A stretch of DNA of 64,000 nucleotides from Candidatus Moraniibacteriota bacterium (GCA_030679895.1 JAUXSN010000039.1:34128-98127); one strand, 5' to 3'. Counted from the stretch's first letter, positions 26,848-37,034 are shown. Program-made: numbers and translations. The notes: generated by a model from the letters alone, not told the origin.

Positions 26848-28239
26848 ATGGCTAATGAAGTAAAAACTTTGCGCGAAAAAGAAGGAAAGAAAACGTGGAA
26901 ATTTTGGTTGGCCTTTTGGTTTATTGCGGCCATTTTGCTTTTTTCCTGGTATGTATTTTTGCAAATAAGAAACAAAAATATTCAAAATCTGAAATCTTTG
27001 ACAAGTTTTTTGCCGGTAGGGAGCGAACGAAGAAATGAACTCACGGTTCTGGCTGATATATATGACAAGGCCGGCGGATTTGATCGCGAACAAACTTTTC
27101 TCATTCTTTTCCAAAACGACATGGAGCTTCGCCCGGGCGGCGGCTTTATCGGGTCATTTGGAATTCTCAAAGCAAAAAATGGAAAGGTGGGCGATATTCA
27201 GATTCACGATACGGGCGTTTTTGACGGCCGCGTTCCTGACACAGAGCAACCCCCGTATCCCATGGCGGAAATGCTCCATATAAAAAGCTGGCAGATGAGA
27301 GATTCCAATTGGTCGCCTGATTTTCGCGTGAACGCCGAAAAGGCGGAATATTTTTATAAGCTGGGACAAGGCGGTGAAAATTTTGACGGAGTGATCGCTA
27401 TCAATACCAAGGTTCTGAATTCCATCCTTGAAATCACAGGGCCGGTCAAAATCGCCGATTATCCCGGTGAATATAACGATGAAACGGCCATTCTTCAGCT
27501 TGAATACCAGGTGGAGAAAGGCTATCAGGAACAGGGAATCATGAAGGGAGAGCGGAAAAGCGTCATGAAAGACATGGCTAAAGTCTTGATTGAAAAAATA
27601 CATAACTTGAATGTTTCGCAGCAGTTGGAGCTGGCGAAAAAAATAGAGGAAAATCTCAAACAAAAGAATATCCAGATGTTTTTCAAGGACGAAAGTCTGC
27701 AAGCGGAAGCGGAAGAAATAAACTGGGCGGGGCGGGTGAAAAATTATAAGGGAGATTATCTGATGGTTGTTGACGCGAATCTCAATTCCTTGAAGAGCGA
27801 TCTTTGCATAAAACGGGAAATTAAATACGAAGTCGACTTGAGCGCTGAAAAACCGCAAGCAGAGCTCGCGCTCACCTATGATCATACTTGCCGCACACGC
27901 GACTGGATGACGGCCAATTATAACGATTGGCTGCGGGTTTATATTCCGGACGGATCGTGGCTGGCGGATTCCAGTGTTCCTCAAGAAAATCTTCGCTTTG
28001 GTAACGATTTAGGCAAGAAAGTTGTCGGTGTGCCGGTTTATGTTGAAATCGGAAAAAAAGAAACTATCACCTTGAAATATGATTTGCCTGCTGAACTAAA
28101 AAACAATAATTACAGTTTGTTTATCCAAAAACAATCCGGATCAGGGGAGGTGCCGGTCAGCATTTCGGTGAAAAAAGCGGACGGATCAGTCAGTGAAATA
28201 AACGAGGTGCTGCTGGAAGACAAGATGTTCAGTTTCTAG
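26848..28239 (+). CDS. DUF4012-family protein (membrane-anchored, polysaccharide-locus associated)
   Basis: An N-terminal TM is followed by FLILFQNDMELRPGGGFIGSFGILKAKNGKV. This matches the characteristic LxQNNAELRPTGGFIGSY motif of DUF4012 from memory. Confidence 0.6.
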   Translation: MANEVKTLREKEGKKTWKFWLAFWFIAAILLFSWYVFLQIRNKNIQNLKSLTSFLPVGSERRNELTVLADIYDKAGGFDREQTFLILFQNDMELRPGGGFIGSFGILKAKNGKVGDIQIHDTGVFDGRVPDTEQPPYPMAEMLHIKSWQMRDSNWSPDFRVNAEKAEYFYKLGQGGENFDGVIAINTKVLNSILEITGPVKIADYPGEYNDETAILQLEYQVEKGYQEQGIMKGERKSVMKDMAKVLIEKIHNLNVSQQLELAKKIEENLKQKNIQMFFKDESLQAEAEEINWAGRVKNYKGDYLMVVDANLNSLKSDLCIKREIKYEVDLSAEKPQAELALTYDHTCRTRDWMTANYNDWLRVYIPDGSWLADSSVPQENLRFGNDLGKKVVGVPVYVEIGKKETITLKYDLPAELKNNNYSLFIQKQSGSGEVPVSISVKKADGSVSEINEVLLEDKMFSF

Positions 28240-28313
28240 AGCCTGACTTCGGGATTGACAATTTCTCCGGGATGATGTATAATTATCGGTTAATTTAATA
28301 AATAAGCATTACT

Positions 28314-29036
28314 ATGAATTATTCTCAATTTAGGTCCATTTTATCAAGAAAAATAGGTCTTATGCTGCTGGCCGGCCTTCTTCTCGCGGCTATTTCGTTT
28401 TGGGGAATAATGCTTCTTTCTCCGCGCTATCAATCTAATTTCGACGTTCTGGTGATTCAAAACCAGGAAAGTTTTGTTGATTCCTATACGCTTGCCAAAT
28501 CAACGGAGCATTTTTCAAAGTTGCTTTCGGAGAGCGTCTATACGGAAACTTTTCTCAATAAAGTCATAGAAGGCGATCCGGAACTTTCGAAAATTTTGCC
28601 GATTGAAAGAGAAGATCGCATGAAAGCCTGGGGGAAAATGGTTCAAACTTCCATCAATGCCGAGTTGGGAATGATTCACCTCAAAGTTTTGTCGAATGAC
28701 AAAGGACAGGTTGAAAGATTGTCGAAAACGGTCGCGAGCGTCCTTGCGGAAAATAACAATTTGTTCATCAGCGAAAACCAAAAAATTGAAGTGCGCATGA
28801 TAAACGCGCCGCTGATCAAGAATAATCCCGGAATGAATATGCTGTCTTTCACTGTCGTGGCTTCTTTCCTTATCGGGGTACTTCTGGTGTTTATTGCCTC
28901 ATTTTACAAAAATTTCATTGATCAGGAGAAATCAAAAGTTGATAGAACGGCGGAAATAAATAATTGGAATCGAACCGTGGCGGAGGATGACCTTGGAAAT
29001 ATAATTGACGCTGAAACCGGAGAAATTATTTTGTGA
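28314..29036 (+). CDS. Polysaccharide chain-length determinant / CpsC-YveK (Wzz-family) protein
   Basis: The protein has the two-TM topology of CpsC-like proteins, about 230 aa long. The N-terminal TM (LMLLAGLLLAAISFWGIML) is followed by PRYQS, and the C-terminal TM reads MLSFTVVASFLIGVLLVFIASF. Confidence 0.55.
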   Translation: MNYSQFRSILSRKIGLMLLAGLLLAAISFWGIMLLSPRYQSNFDVLVIQNQESFVDSYTLAKSTEHFSKLLSESVYTETFLNKVIEGDPELSKILPIEREDRMKAWGKMVQTSINAELGMIHLKVLSNDKGQVERLSKTVASVLAENNNLFISENQKIEVRMINAPLIKNNPGMNMLSFTVVASFLIGVLLVFIASFYKNFIDQEKSKVDRTAEINNWNRTVAEDDLGNIIDAETGEIIL

Positions 29037-29268
29037 TGATTGCCGGCTTGGAACTTTTTCCAAGCCTTTAAATCCTCATAAATGAGGTGGAAACAGTTTT
29101 TTTAAAAACTGAATACGTGAATAAATGAACAAATTCTCCCCGCCAAAGTGGCGGAGGAGGATTGAGTATAAGTCAAACCATGGCTCCGCCTGCGGCGGAT
29201 GCCTAAAAAATTTCTTGCGACTCGTTAGTTTTTCCAAAAAGAAAACAAAAGCAAGGTTTTTCGCAGAA

Positions 29269-29341
29269 AATTCAGTGGGAGCTCACTGACTGCGAAAGCG
29301 GAATTTTTCTATTCAGATATTCAGTGGGAGCTCGCTGACTG
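29269..29341. promoter_or_regulatory. Two 23-bp direct repeats (aattcagtgggagctcactgactg / attcagtgggagctcgctgactg) upstream of the GC-rich gene 29410
   Basis: The copies differ by one mismatch and are spaced about 50 bp centre to centre. Each contains a cagtGGgagctcactg dyad and looks like an operator or transcription-factor site. They lie 70-140 nt upstream of an ATG preceded by aaggag. Confidence 0.45.
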
Positions 29342-29409
29342 TATAGGACTTTCAAGCCGAGTTTTGTTCAGGAAAACAAAAAGAGAAGCGAGAACAAAGG
29401 AGTTCGACC

Positions 29410-31746
29410 ATGGTCATCAGAAAGTTTTTAGTAACTGCGCTGGTTGGCCTTTCGCTGTTTTTCTTCAGCGGCCAAGCGCAAAGCGCAGACCCGATCCCCG
29501 CTGAAGAGTCCGGTGAGAAGACGGGTTGGTATAGGTGCTCCGGCGGCGGAGGAGAGGCTCCAGAAGCCGCTTCCGCCGAAAAATCCGATCCGAGTGTGAT
29601 CCGCGAGTGGAAAGACGCCCGCGACGGCCACACTTATCAGGAACGGAGAAACCAGGAGAGCGGGCATCTTTACACGGCTCGCAAACCCAACAAGTGGGAA
29701 AGCGCTAAGAACGAGGACAGAGAAGACGGGAAGTTTTGGAAATCCCCGTTCTGTAGTCCTCGTGACTCCTGGTCGGCCAAAAAACCGCCAAAAGAGTCGA
29801 AAAAGGTTACGGCGGTCAAGGGTTTCATCCCCACTCCGGCACTCAAGTTTGCCAAGGGGAAAACCATGAAAGTCGTGGCGGTTAATGCCAATTTGGGCCG
29901 GATCGAGGATGGTTTTGTCCTGCCGGCTGGCGGCGACCAAAATGGGAAAGTCCCCGTGGTAGTCTGCTTCAATTCCGAACTCCCCGGCTCTGGCTGGAAA
30001 GTCGTGAGTGGCGACCGCTATTTCAACAACGCGCTTGGCGGCAGCAAGCGAGGCGAGTTGATTGTTTGGGGACTAGACGGCGCAAGCTATGCCAAGATGC
30101 AGGGCGGGATGTTCGAGGAAAGAGACCCTGCTTATATGGCATTGGTCGCCGAAACTTATGGCAGCGACTTGGATAAGCTCGAAAGAGCATCCCTGATCAA
30201 CAAGGGACAGCTGGATGGGGTTATTCAGGCTTGCGGTCTCAAGAAGTTTGATGTCCCGATGGACGGCATCCGCTACGCGGCCGATCGCGGTGAACTGGTT
30301 CAGGCTTGCAAAAAGGCGGATCGGCGCCGGGGTTACATTCGCTTTGCGGATGATGGTGGTCTAACCATTAGTCCTGAGCCGATCGGAATGATTATGAGTG
30401 CTGGATCGGCATTATTCACGTCCACGGTCCTGCGTAACCACAATACCCCTTGCCTCTCGACTGAGAGCAATGGCGTGGAGCTTTTCGAAAAGGATTTTGC
30501 CTTCTGGCAATCTTTCCGGAAAGACGAAAAAGTCGGTGCATACCCAAATCCGGCTCAAGGCGCAAGAAGATATACCTCCCAAGGAACCGAAGCTCCCGTC
30601 AATAACGGCGGTGAGGTTTCTTACCAGCAGTTCGCGGCTGGTTTGGGCGGGGGATACAGCGACTACCTTGACCTCCCCGGACGCACCCGCTGGTGGGTGA
30701 ACCCGAAGCGGGTGGAGATTCCGATCGGCGGCGGAATAAGCCGCGATCCGAATTTCCGCGGACGGTTTGCATGGCATAATATCGCCTTGCGGCCGTTTGA
30801 TTTCGAGCTGTCCCCGGATGCTTTTCTCGGGGTTGGCCCGGCGGCGAAGTTTGGCTGGTATAAGTATCAGGTACTGCCATCTAGATTTTCGGGGCACGGC
30901 CAAAGCCGATCCTTTGGGATTTGGCCCGAGCTGATAACCAGAGAATCCTGGGGCGGGACGGATACGACCATCGGTTTGCTTTTCGGCCGCCGATGGGAAA
31001 AAGGCGACTTTAATTTTTCCGCTAGCCGTCGTTTTGGCACAATCGATGCCGCGACGGAGTGGTGGTGGAATCCGGTTGCCAGTGGAAAATGGGGAAAGCT
31101 CCTCCCCGGCGCGAAGGCTTTTGCGCTCTGGGAAACTGACGGGTTCTTTCATGCAGGTTTGATGCCGGTGATCTACCAATCCCCGTGCGATGACCTGTTC
31201 AAGATCTCCGCCGGTCCGGCTTTCATGCGTTTCCGCCATGGGCCCATGGGAGGCGGGGTGAAGGTTCAGGCTGAAGTTTTCGGCGGCGTGTATCTGTCTT
31301 ACGGCCGCTATTTCGGCAAACGGAATTTCTTTATGGGTTCTGTCGACCCCTATCGCGTATACTGGACGCTTCAGAATGCGATGGTGGAATGCGGAACCAA
31401 GGAGGTTCCCTGGGACGTGCCAGAAATCGAGCCGATTGTTCCACAAATTTCACCTCCGGCTCCGGTAATCCCAGCCGCGCCGAAGTTGATCTCTCCTCCT
31501 CCGGCGATTGAAACACCGCCGGTTAAAATAAAAAAACTCAAGCTGCGTAAAAAGCAGTTAAGGGAGCGGTGCCTAGTGACACAGCCGGAAGCGCCGATCC
31601 AGGTTCCAAAACCGCCCGAAAAAGGGTGGCAGGAGACCGTAAAGGAGTGGTGGATTTCTCTCACTGCTTCCCCTTCGGCGGATCCGAACAAAACCGAGGC
31701 TAAGCCGGTGGAAACACCCGCAACAGCGCCTCCAAAAACGATGTGA
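29410..31746 (+). CDS. Large secreted protein of unknown function encoded in a GC-rich segment; Pro-rich C-terminal tail
   Basis: A signal peptide (LVTALVGLSLFFFSGQAQSA) is followed by an aromatic/Gly-rich central region and a C-terminus with PPAPVIPAAPKLISPPPAIETPP. The coding GC is far above the window norm, and many overlapping antisense ORFs appear, as expected in high-GC DNA. Confidence 0.55.
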   Translation: MVIRKFLVTALVGLSLFFFSGQAQSADPIPAEESGEKTGWYRCSGGGGEAPEAASAEKSDPSVIREWKDARDGHTYQERRNQESGHLYTARKPNKWESAKNEDREDGKFWKSPFCSPRDSWSAKKPPKESKKVTAVKGFIPTPALKFAKGKTMKVVAVNANLGRIEDGFVLPAGGDQNGKVPVVVCFNSELPGSGWKVVSGDRYFNNALGGSKRGELIVWGLDGASYAKMQGGMFEERDPAYMALVAETYGSDLDKLERASLINKGQLDGVIQACGLKKFDVPMDGIRYAADRGELVQACKKADRRRGYIRFADDGGLTISPEPIGMIMSAGSALFTSTVLRNHNTPCLSTESNGVELFEKDFAFWQSFRKDEKVGAYPNPAQGARRYTSQGTEAPVNNGGEVSYQQFAAGLGGGYSDYLDLPGRTRWWVNPKRVEIPIGGGISRDPNFRGRFAWHNIALRPFDFELSPDAFLGVGPAAKFGWYKYQVLPSRFSGHGQSRSFGIWPELITRESWGGTDTTIGLLFGRRWEKGDFNFSASRRFGTIDAATEWWWNPVASGKWGKLLPGAKAFALWETDGFFHAGLMPVIYQSPCDDLFKISAGPAFMRFRHGPMGGGVKVQAEVFGGVYLSYGRYFGKRNFFMGSVDPYRVYWTLQNAMVECGTKEVPWDVPEIEPIVPQISPPAPVIPAAPKLISPPPAIETPPVKIKKLKLRKKQLRERCLVTQPEAPIQVPKPPEKGWQETVKEWWISLTASPSADPNKTEAKPVETPATAPPKTM

Positions 31747-31836
31747 ACCCCGTTCCGCGCCAGAAGCAAAAAAGCTGACGGCGCGGGACACAACTTCCCT
31801 GCGTGAAGTGGGGATAACACTGAAAAGGAGTGAATT

Positions 31837-32208
31837 ATGAATGCGAAGAGATTGGCAAACCGGATGTTGTTTCTCATTTTGGTCCTGGCCATTGCGGTTC
31901 CGGCCACGGCTCTGGCGGCAACCTATCTGCCTCACGGCGCCACGATTACGGCGACCGTTTCCGGAGACACTGCCACTATCACCGTTACTGGGATCTCCGG
32001 AGCTTCCGTGGAGCGCTATTATTGGGAGCGTATTGACAAGTCTCCCGGGATGACCATGGACCTCAAGCAAGGCCGGCGATTCCAGGTGATGTCCGGGGGC
32101 AAGTACCTCCTGATCACTCCTGAAATGGCCTCGGGCGGGCCCTATAAGCTCATCGGAGTCGGCATCGACTGCTCCAATGAAAAGGGCTGCTGTCTCATCG
32201 TTAAGTAA
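31837..32208 (+). CDS. Small secreted protein (GC-rich segment)
   Basis: A signal peptide (MLFLILVLAIAVPATALAA) is followed by 123 aa with paired Cys near the C-terminus. A GGAG lies upstream. Confidence 0.45.
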   Translation: MNAKRLANRMLFLILVLAIAVPATALAATYLPHGATITATVSGDTATITVTGISGASVERYYWERIDKSPGMTMDLKQGRRFQVMSGGKYLLITPEMASGGPYKLIGVGIDCSNEKGCCLIVK

Positions 32209-32280
32209 AATTCCGGCCGGACCCCGGCCATCATCGCCCCCATAAGGAGGTAACAAAGGGGGCAAAGAAGTAGAAGTATT

Positions 32281-32334
32281 GAGCCGTATCAGAATGTGAT
32301 CTGCCATCGCGCAGACATGTATCTGATACGGCTC
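32281..32334. terminator. Long hairpin between convergent genes (gagccgtatcaga ... tctgatacggctc)
   Basis: A 13-bp perfect stem encloses a 28-nt loop and sits between the 3' ends of 31837-32208 (+) and 32388-32876 (-). A second small hairpin, agcgagc..gctcgct, lies at 32364-32386. Confidence 0.55.
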
Positions 32335-32387
32335 TTAATTTTGGAAAAATTATATAAAAAATAAGCGAGCCGGATTTCAGCTCGCTG

Positions 32388-32876
32388 TCAGTCCCCGGAA
32401 CGTGTCCCGTGGATGATAATTTTGGTCTTGCCCTCCTCCGCCCAGTCGAACAGCCGGACAATCTCGGGCCGCGTGACATGGACGCATCCGTTGGTCGCGA
32501 GCGCGCTTCTTCTCTTTTTGGGATTTAGGTGCTCTTTTGGAGGCACTTCTCCCTCATGAATGGCCTTGCGGTCGCCATTCCAAATGAAGAAAAGAGAATA
32601 GGGCATCCAAGTGTTGTGGGTCTTGGAAAAATAGCGCCGTCTTTTTTGGACAACAACATATTCTCCCGGATCGGTTATTTTGACGCCATCACCCGTAATG
32701 ACGTTAAAATCGAAGAGCTTTATCCCGTTTTCGTAGGCTGTTCCCGTCTGGGTCAACTGGTTGATGAAAATCACCTTGCCTTCTTTTGGAATTGAAGGTG
32801 AATTTTCCCCGAAAGCCGGCAAAAATCCGACAAGTATGAATAAAAGAACAAAGGCTATATTCATGATTTCCCCCAA
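32388..32876 (-). CDS. L,D-transpeptidase (YkuD-domain) protein
   Basis: An N-terminal signal/TM is followed by HG...GCVHV, the catalytic His/Cys pair of the YkuD fold. Confidence 0.6.
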   Translation of the reverse strand: MGEIMNIAFVLLFILVGFLPAFGENSPSIPKEGKVIFINQLTQTGTAYENGIKLFDFNVITGDGVKITDPGEYVVVQKRRRYFSKTHNTWMPYSLFFIWNGDRKAIHEGEVPPKEHLNPKKRRSALATNGCVHVTRPEIVRLFDWAEEGKTKIIIHGTRSGD

Positions 32877-33137
32877 AGATCATAAGATATCCCCATATTT
32901 GAGGTTTGGAAATTATATTACTATATATAGGTCCAGTCAACAAAAACGCTCCTGGCTTATTAAAAATAACAAAATAATGCTTTATATAAGCCATAAAAAC
33001 ACTTGACAAAATTATTGCAAAATGATATTATACGAAGTTAAAACAAAAAGTTAACCTCTCGAAAAATGCGCTTCCATAAGCCCATTTTCCGGGAGATAAA
33101 CCTATCTTTCCCGATATCTTAAAAAAAAGGTGGTTCT

Positions 33138-33647
33138 ATGAAAAAAGGTATTTTTCTGCTGGCGTTGACGACCTTTATTCTTTTCTCCGGCAATGCTCAG
33201 GCCAAGGGAAAAGCGGTTGGCCGATTGACTGCTCTCGTCGCTACGGAGTCTCTCCGGGATAAGGGCTACAATTTTACAGGAGGTCACTGGTTTACCGAAC
33301 AGCGATCTTTCCAAAAAAAAGCCAAGGGCGGCGGTAATATAATTGTTATCTTGGGAGCAGACGAGGAAGGAAAAGAAGTCAAGTCATTTTTCATCTCCCT
33401 ACCCTTATCTGCTCAGGATGAAGTCAAGGAAGCTGTACTGACTGCGGTTTTGAGCCTGGCTTCTGCAAGAGGAGCGAAAAGTCCGGATCTGATTGAGGTC
33501 GGGACCGATTTGCTTCTTGATCTCTGGCCCAAAAAGATTGCAAAGTATTGGGGGACCAATACTAGCGGCCTAAAATTGAAAGGTTGCCAGATCGCAGTTT
33601 CGCTGAGAAATATCGGCGGCGGCAAAGTCCAAATCCAGATCAACTGA
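33138..33647 (+). CDS. Hypothetical secreted protein
   Basis: A signal peptide (LLALTTFILFSGNAQA) and an AAGGTGG RBS are present. No motif recognised. Confidence 0.45.
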   Translation: MKKGIFLLALTTFILFSGNAQAKGKAVGRLTALVATESLRDKGYNFTGGHWFTEQRSFQKKAKGGGNIIVILGADEEGKEVKSFFISLPLSAQDEVKEAVLTAVLSLASARGAKSPDLIEVGTDLLLDLWPKKIAKYWGTNTSGLKLKGCQIAVSLRNIGGGKVQIQIN

Positions 33648-33745
33648 CTGGCCGCGCGTCCGGGAGCATTCCTCTCTCGAGGAAAGGGGAATGCTTCGCT
33701 TTACAAAGTGCGTGAAAATATCATTCATTTTGTGAGAGCGAATAT

Positions 33746-35197
33746 ATGATTAAAAAATATTCTCAAAATCTCATCGAAACCTCAACCGCGATTTTCATTG
33801 TCGCGGCGGTTTCGATTTTTATTTTCGCCAATTTCATCGTCGGCTTCAGTTTGCCGCTCTATCTTTTCGCGGTCGCGTTCGGCTTTGTCCTTTCAGTCGT
33901 TTATCCAAGAAGCGGATTTTACGCCATTGTTTTTCTCACGGTTATTTTTGAAAGGTTTTTCACTCTAGTTCCGATATATTGGAACCGGGCAGAATACAAA
34001 ATATATCCGATCGACATCATTTTCGCCGGAGTGATACTGGGAATTATTTTTCAACTCATAAAAAACGGCCTGCCGAGAAAGCTGAAAATCGCTGATTATC
34101 TGGTCGCGGTGTTTATTTTTGCCGGCGCGGCTTATTTTATCGCCAGCGCATATCTGCTCCGGACGGACGCATCGATCGCCTTCAGCACGTTCAAAAATTA
34201 TTCTTTTTACGGACTTTTCTATTTTGTCGTCATATTCCTGTTCAGCGATAAAGAAAGACTCCTTAGACTTCTTAAGTTTTTTATGGCCGGCGCGGTTGTC
34301 GCGACAATCTTCATTTTCATCGGAATAATCCGCGGCGAAGGATTGTGGACCGGGTTCACCCCGCTTTCCACTCCAGGAACGCGCATTCTGGCTTTTCCGC
34401 ACGCTTTTTTCTTCACGATGGCCGTTCTGGTTTCGCTCGCTTGGATCGCTTTTCGAAAAGACAGCTATGCAACATTTCTCAAAATAATGATTCCGATCTG
34501 GGCAATCGGCATTGTCGGCTCCCTTATGCGCCATCTTTGGATAAGCCTTTTTGTCTCAATAATTTTTATCTTTTTTCTTCTGCCGAAGGAAAACAGAAAC
34601 CGGCTTAAAAAAATTATGTTCCATTACGCGTTGATCGGAGTCATCGCCATGATTTTTTTGTCATATTTGTCTTTTCTTTTTCCCGCCTCTGATTTTTCAA
34701 AAACTTTCGCGAGCGCAACAGGAATAACCGGGAAACGTTTTGTTTCCACGGTCCAGGTGACTTCCGATGAAAGTCTCAACTGGCGAAAATCCGTTTGGCA
34801 GAGCACCTGGCGGGAATATAAAGACAATTTGATTTTTGGCCTTGGATATGGAAAAAAAGTTTCGGTTGAGATCGGCACGAAATACAAAGATTTTGTTGAA
34901 ATCCGAAATATCCACAACTCGCTTCTCACTATTTTCATTCAAATGGGGCTCTGGAGCGCGCTTTTGTTCGCATCCCTCTTCTGGCTACTGGCAAAACCTC
35001 TTCTGATGAAAGTATCCCGCGCTTTTGACCCGTTTGATCTTCAGTTTCTTAAGATTGCCTTTTTAGCCATATTTTTGAATTATCTGATCGCGTTTCTGTT
35101 TCAGACATATCTCGAAACAAATCTTCTGGGAATATTTTTTTGGATAATTTTGGGCGGATTAGCCGTGTTAAATTCAAATACTAAAATCGAGTCTTAG
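33746..35197 (+). CDS. O-antigen ligase / polymerase family (Wzy-like) polytopic membrane protein
   Basis: The protein has ten or more TM helices, and NIHNSLLTIFIQMGLWSALLFASLFWLL resembles the Wzy_C signature. Confidence 0.6.
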   Translation: MIKKYSQNLIETSTAIFIVAAVSIFIFANFIVGFSLPLYLFAVAFGFVLSVVYPRSGFYAIVFLTVIFERFFTLVPIYWNRAEYKIYPIDIIFAGVILGIIFQLIKNGLPRKLKIADYLVAVFIFAGAAYFIASAYLLRTDASIAFSTFKNYSFYGLFYFVVIFLFSDKERLLRLLKFFMAGAVVATIFIFIGIIRGEGLWTGFTPLSTPGTRILAFPHAFFFTMAVLVSLAWIAFRKDSYATFLKIMIPIWAIGIVGSLMRHLWISLFVSIIFIFFLLPKENRNRLKKIMFHYALIGVIAMIFLSYLSFLFPASDFSKTFASATGITGKRFVSTVQVTSDESLNWRKSVWQSTWREYKDNLIFGLGYGKKVSVEIGTKYKDFVEIRNIHNSLLTIFIQMGLWSALLFASLFWLLAKPLLMKVSRAFDPFDLQFLKIAFLAIFLNYLIAFLFQTYLETNLLGIFFWIILGGLAVLNSNTKIES

Positions 35198-35205
35198 AAA
35201 AAAAT

Positions 35206-36378
35206 ATGCGTATTCTGGAAGTCAACAAATTCAACCACGTTCGTGGCGGAGCCGACAAGCACTTCGTGGATTTGGCAAATCTGCTTCAAGAAAATGGAAA
35301 TGAAGTGGCGGTTTTCGCGATGGATCATCCGGAAAATATCCCTTCTGAATGGTCAAAATATTTCGTCAGCCGCGTGGATTATGAAAACGGAAGCGCTCTG
35401 AATAAAATCAAAGGCGCATTGAGAATTTTTTGGTCATTTGAAGCCCGCCGTAAAATCGGAAAACTGCTTGATGAATTCCAGCCGGAAATTGTTCATATTC
35501 ATAACATCTATCATCAAATTTCTCCATCTATTTTATCGGAAATAAAAAAGCGCGGAATTCCGGTTGTGATGACAGTCCACGACTGGAAAATGATTTGCCC
35601 TAATTACCTTTTGAATTGTGGAGGAAAACTCTGCGAAAAATGCGTCGGCGGAAAATACTGGCACTGTCTCAAAAATAAATGTGTGAAAAAATCATATCTC
35701 AAAAGCTTGATCTCAATGCTGGAAATGTATTTCCATCGATTTATCAGGGTTTACGAAAAAAATATTGACCTATATATCGCTCCCAGCCAGTTTGTGAAGG
35801 ATAATCTCGCAAAAGCCGGATTTTCTGAAAGCAGAATCAAGGTTTTACCGCATTTTGCAAAAGCCGTAGACGCCCGACGTCTGCTAAATATGCAAAGCAA
35901 TAATTACGCCCTTTACCTCGGACGCGTCTCGAAAGAAAAAGGCGTCGACGAGCTGATTGAAATTTTCAAGGATCTGCCAATCGATCTTGTCCTGGCTGGA
36001 AAAAGGGACTCGGATTTTATGATTCCGGATTTGCCGAACATCAAGCACGTCGGGTTTAAGCCATCTCAAGAAATTGAAAGCTTGATTCGAAATTCTCAAT
36101 TTGTCGTTTCGGCTTCGCAACTTCCTGAAACTTTCGGCCTCATCGCGCTTGAAGCGATTGCCAATCAAAAGCCTTTTATCGGCTATAGAGCCGGCGCCTA
36201 CGGAGAGATTGTCCGAAATGGAGTAAACGGATCCTTGGCCGAAAGCAAAGGAGAACTAAAATCTAGAATTGAGGAATTTTTGGTAAATAAAAACCGAAAA
36301 TATTATTTTGACATAAGCCGATTCAGTCCTGAAAAGTATCATCAGAGCATAATTGACATTTTTCGGAGCCTTTGCTAA
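35206..36378 (+). CDS. Glycosyltransferase family 4
   Basis: The C-terminal Glycos_transf_1 motifs are present (ETFGLIALEAIANQKPFIGYRAGAYGEIV, with the E-x7-E region). Confidence 0.7.
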   Translation: MRILEVNKFNHVRGGADKHFVDLANLLQENGNEVAVFAMDHPENIPSEWSKYFVSRVDYENGSALNKIKGALRIFWSFEARRKIGKLLDEFQPEIVHIHNIYHQISPSILSEIKKRGIPVVMTVHDWKMICPNYLLNCGGKLCEKCVGGKYWHCLKNKCVKKSYLKSLISMLEMYFHRFIRVYEKNIDLYIAPSQFVKDNLAKAGFSESRIKVLPHFAKAVDARRLLNMQSNNYALYLGRVSKEKGVDELIEIFKDLPIDLVLAGKRDSDFMIPDLPNIKHVGFKPSQEIESLIRNSQFVVSASQLPETFGLIALEAIANQKPFIGYRAGAYGEIVRNGVNGSLAESKGELKSRIEEFLVNKNRKYYFDISRFSPEKYHQSIIDIFRSLC

Positions 36379-36414
36379 AATGTAAGGTCAATTTTTAAGT
36401 CTTAATTTAAACCT

Positions 36415-37014
36415 ATGAAAATCGCAAAAAGAGCCATTCCATTCATCGTCGCTGCCGGACTTCTGGCGGCTTCGACCGCGTTTGCCGGAAGCGATCCGGA
36501 GCTTTATAAGCTTTCAAAATACAAAGGTTACGCAGGTGAAAAAGTGAAAATAACGGGGATAAATTTCGGGAAAAAGTCAGGAAAAGTCATGTTCGACGAC
36601 TGGACAAAAGCCGAGATTGTCAGTTGGAGTAAAAAGAAGATCGTCATTCGCGTTCCTGATGTCGCCGTGACAAAAACGCATAAAGTGCGAGTCTGCAAAA
36701 GACACGACGACTGCACGAGGTCCCAAAAGTTTTTTGTGAAAAGAACCGGACCGGAACTTTGGAAAATCAAAAATTTGAGCGGTTCCAAAAAGTATCAGGG
36801 AAAACCGGGAGATAAATTAAAGCTGACCGGGCAAAACTTCGGCTCTGGACATGTCTCCGTTCTCTTCGGCAGCACTCCGGCAAAAATCACGTCGCGGACG
36901 AAGAAATGGATAAAAGTCATTGTTCCCGAATTGGCGCGCGACAGGACATACGCGGTCAAGGTGACCGATGGAGATCCTGATTCCAATACCCAAGATTTTT
37001 ACGTGATTCCATAA
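36415..37014 (+). CDS. Secreted protein with two IPT/TIG-like repeats
   Basis: A signal peptide is followed by tandem repeats of about 95 aa (YKGYAGEKVKITGINFGKKSGKVMFDD...IRVPDV and YQGKPGDKLKLTGQNFGSGHVSVLFGS...VIVPEL). Confidence 0.55.
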   Translation: MKIAKRAIPFIVAAGLLAASTAFAGSDPELYKLSKYKGYAGEKVKITGINFGKKSGKVMFDDWTKAEIVSWSKKKIVIRVPDVAVTKTHKVRVCKRHDDCTRSQKFFVKRTGPELWKIKNLSGSKKYQGKPGDKLKLTGQNFGSGHVSVLFGSTPAKITSRTKKWIKVIVPELARDRTYAVKVTDGDPDSNTQDFYVIP

Positions 37015-37034
37015 CTAAAGAATTTCCTAATCTT

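Noticed and set aside
30412-31446. 344-aa and other long minus-strand ORFs (29428-29940, 31371-31907, 31573-32307) inside the GC-rich segment
   Set aside because: All are antisense to the 778-aa secreted-protein gene, and their Arg/Pro/Gly-rich composition is characteristic of spurious ORFs in high-GC DNA.
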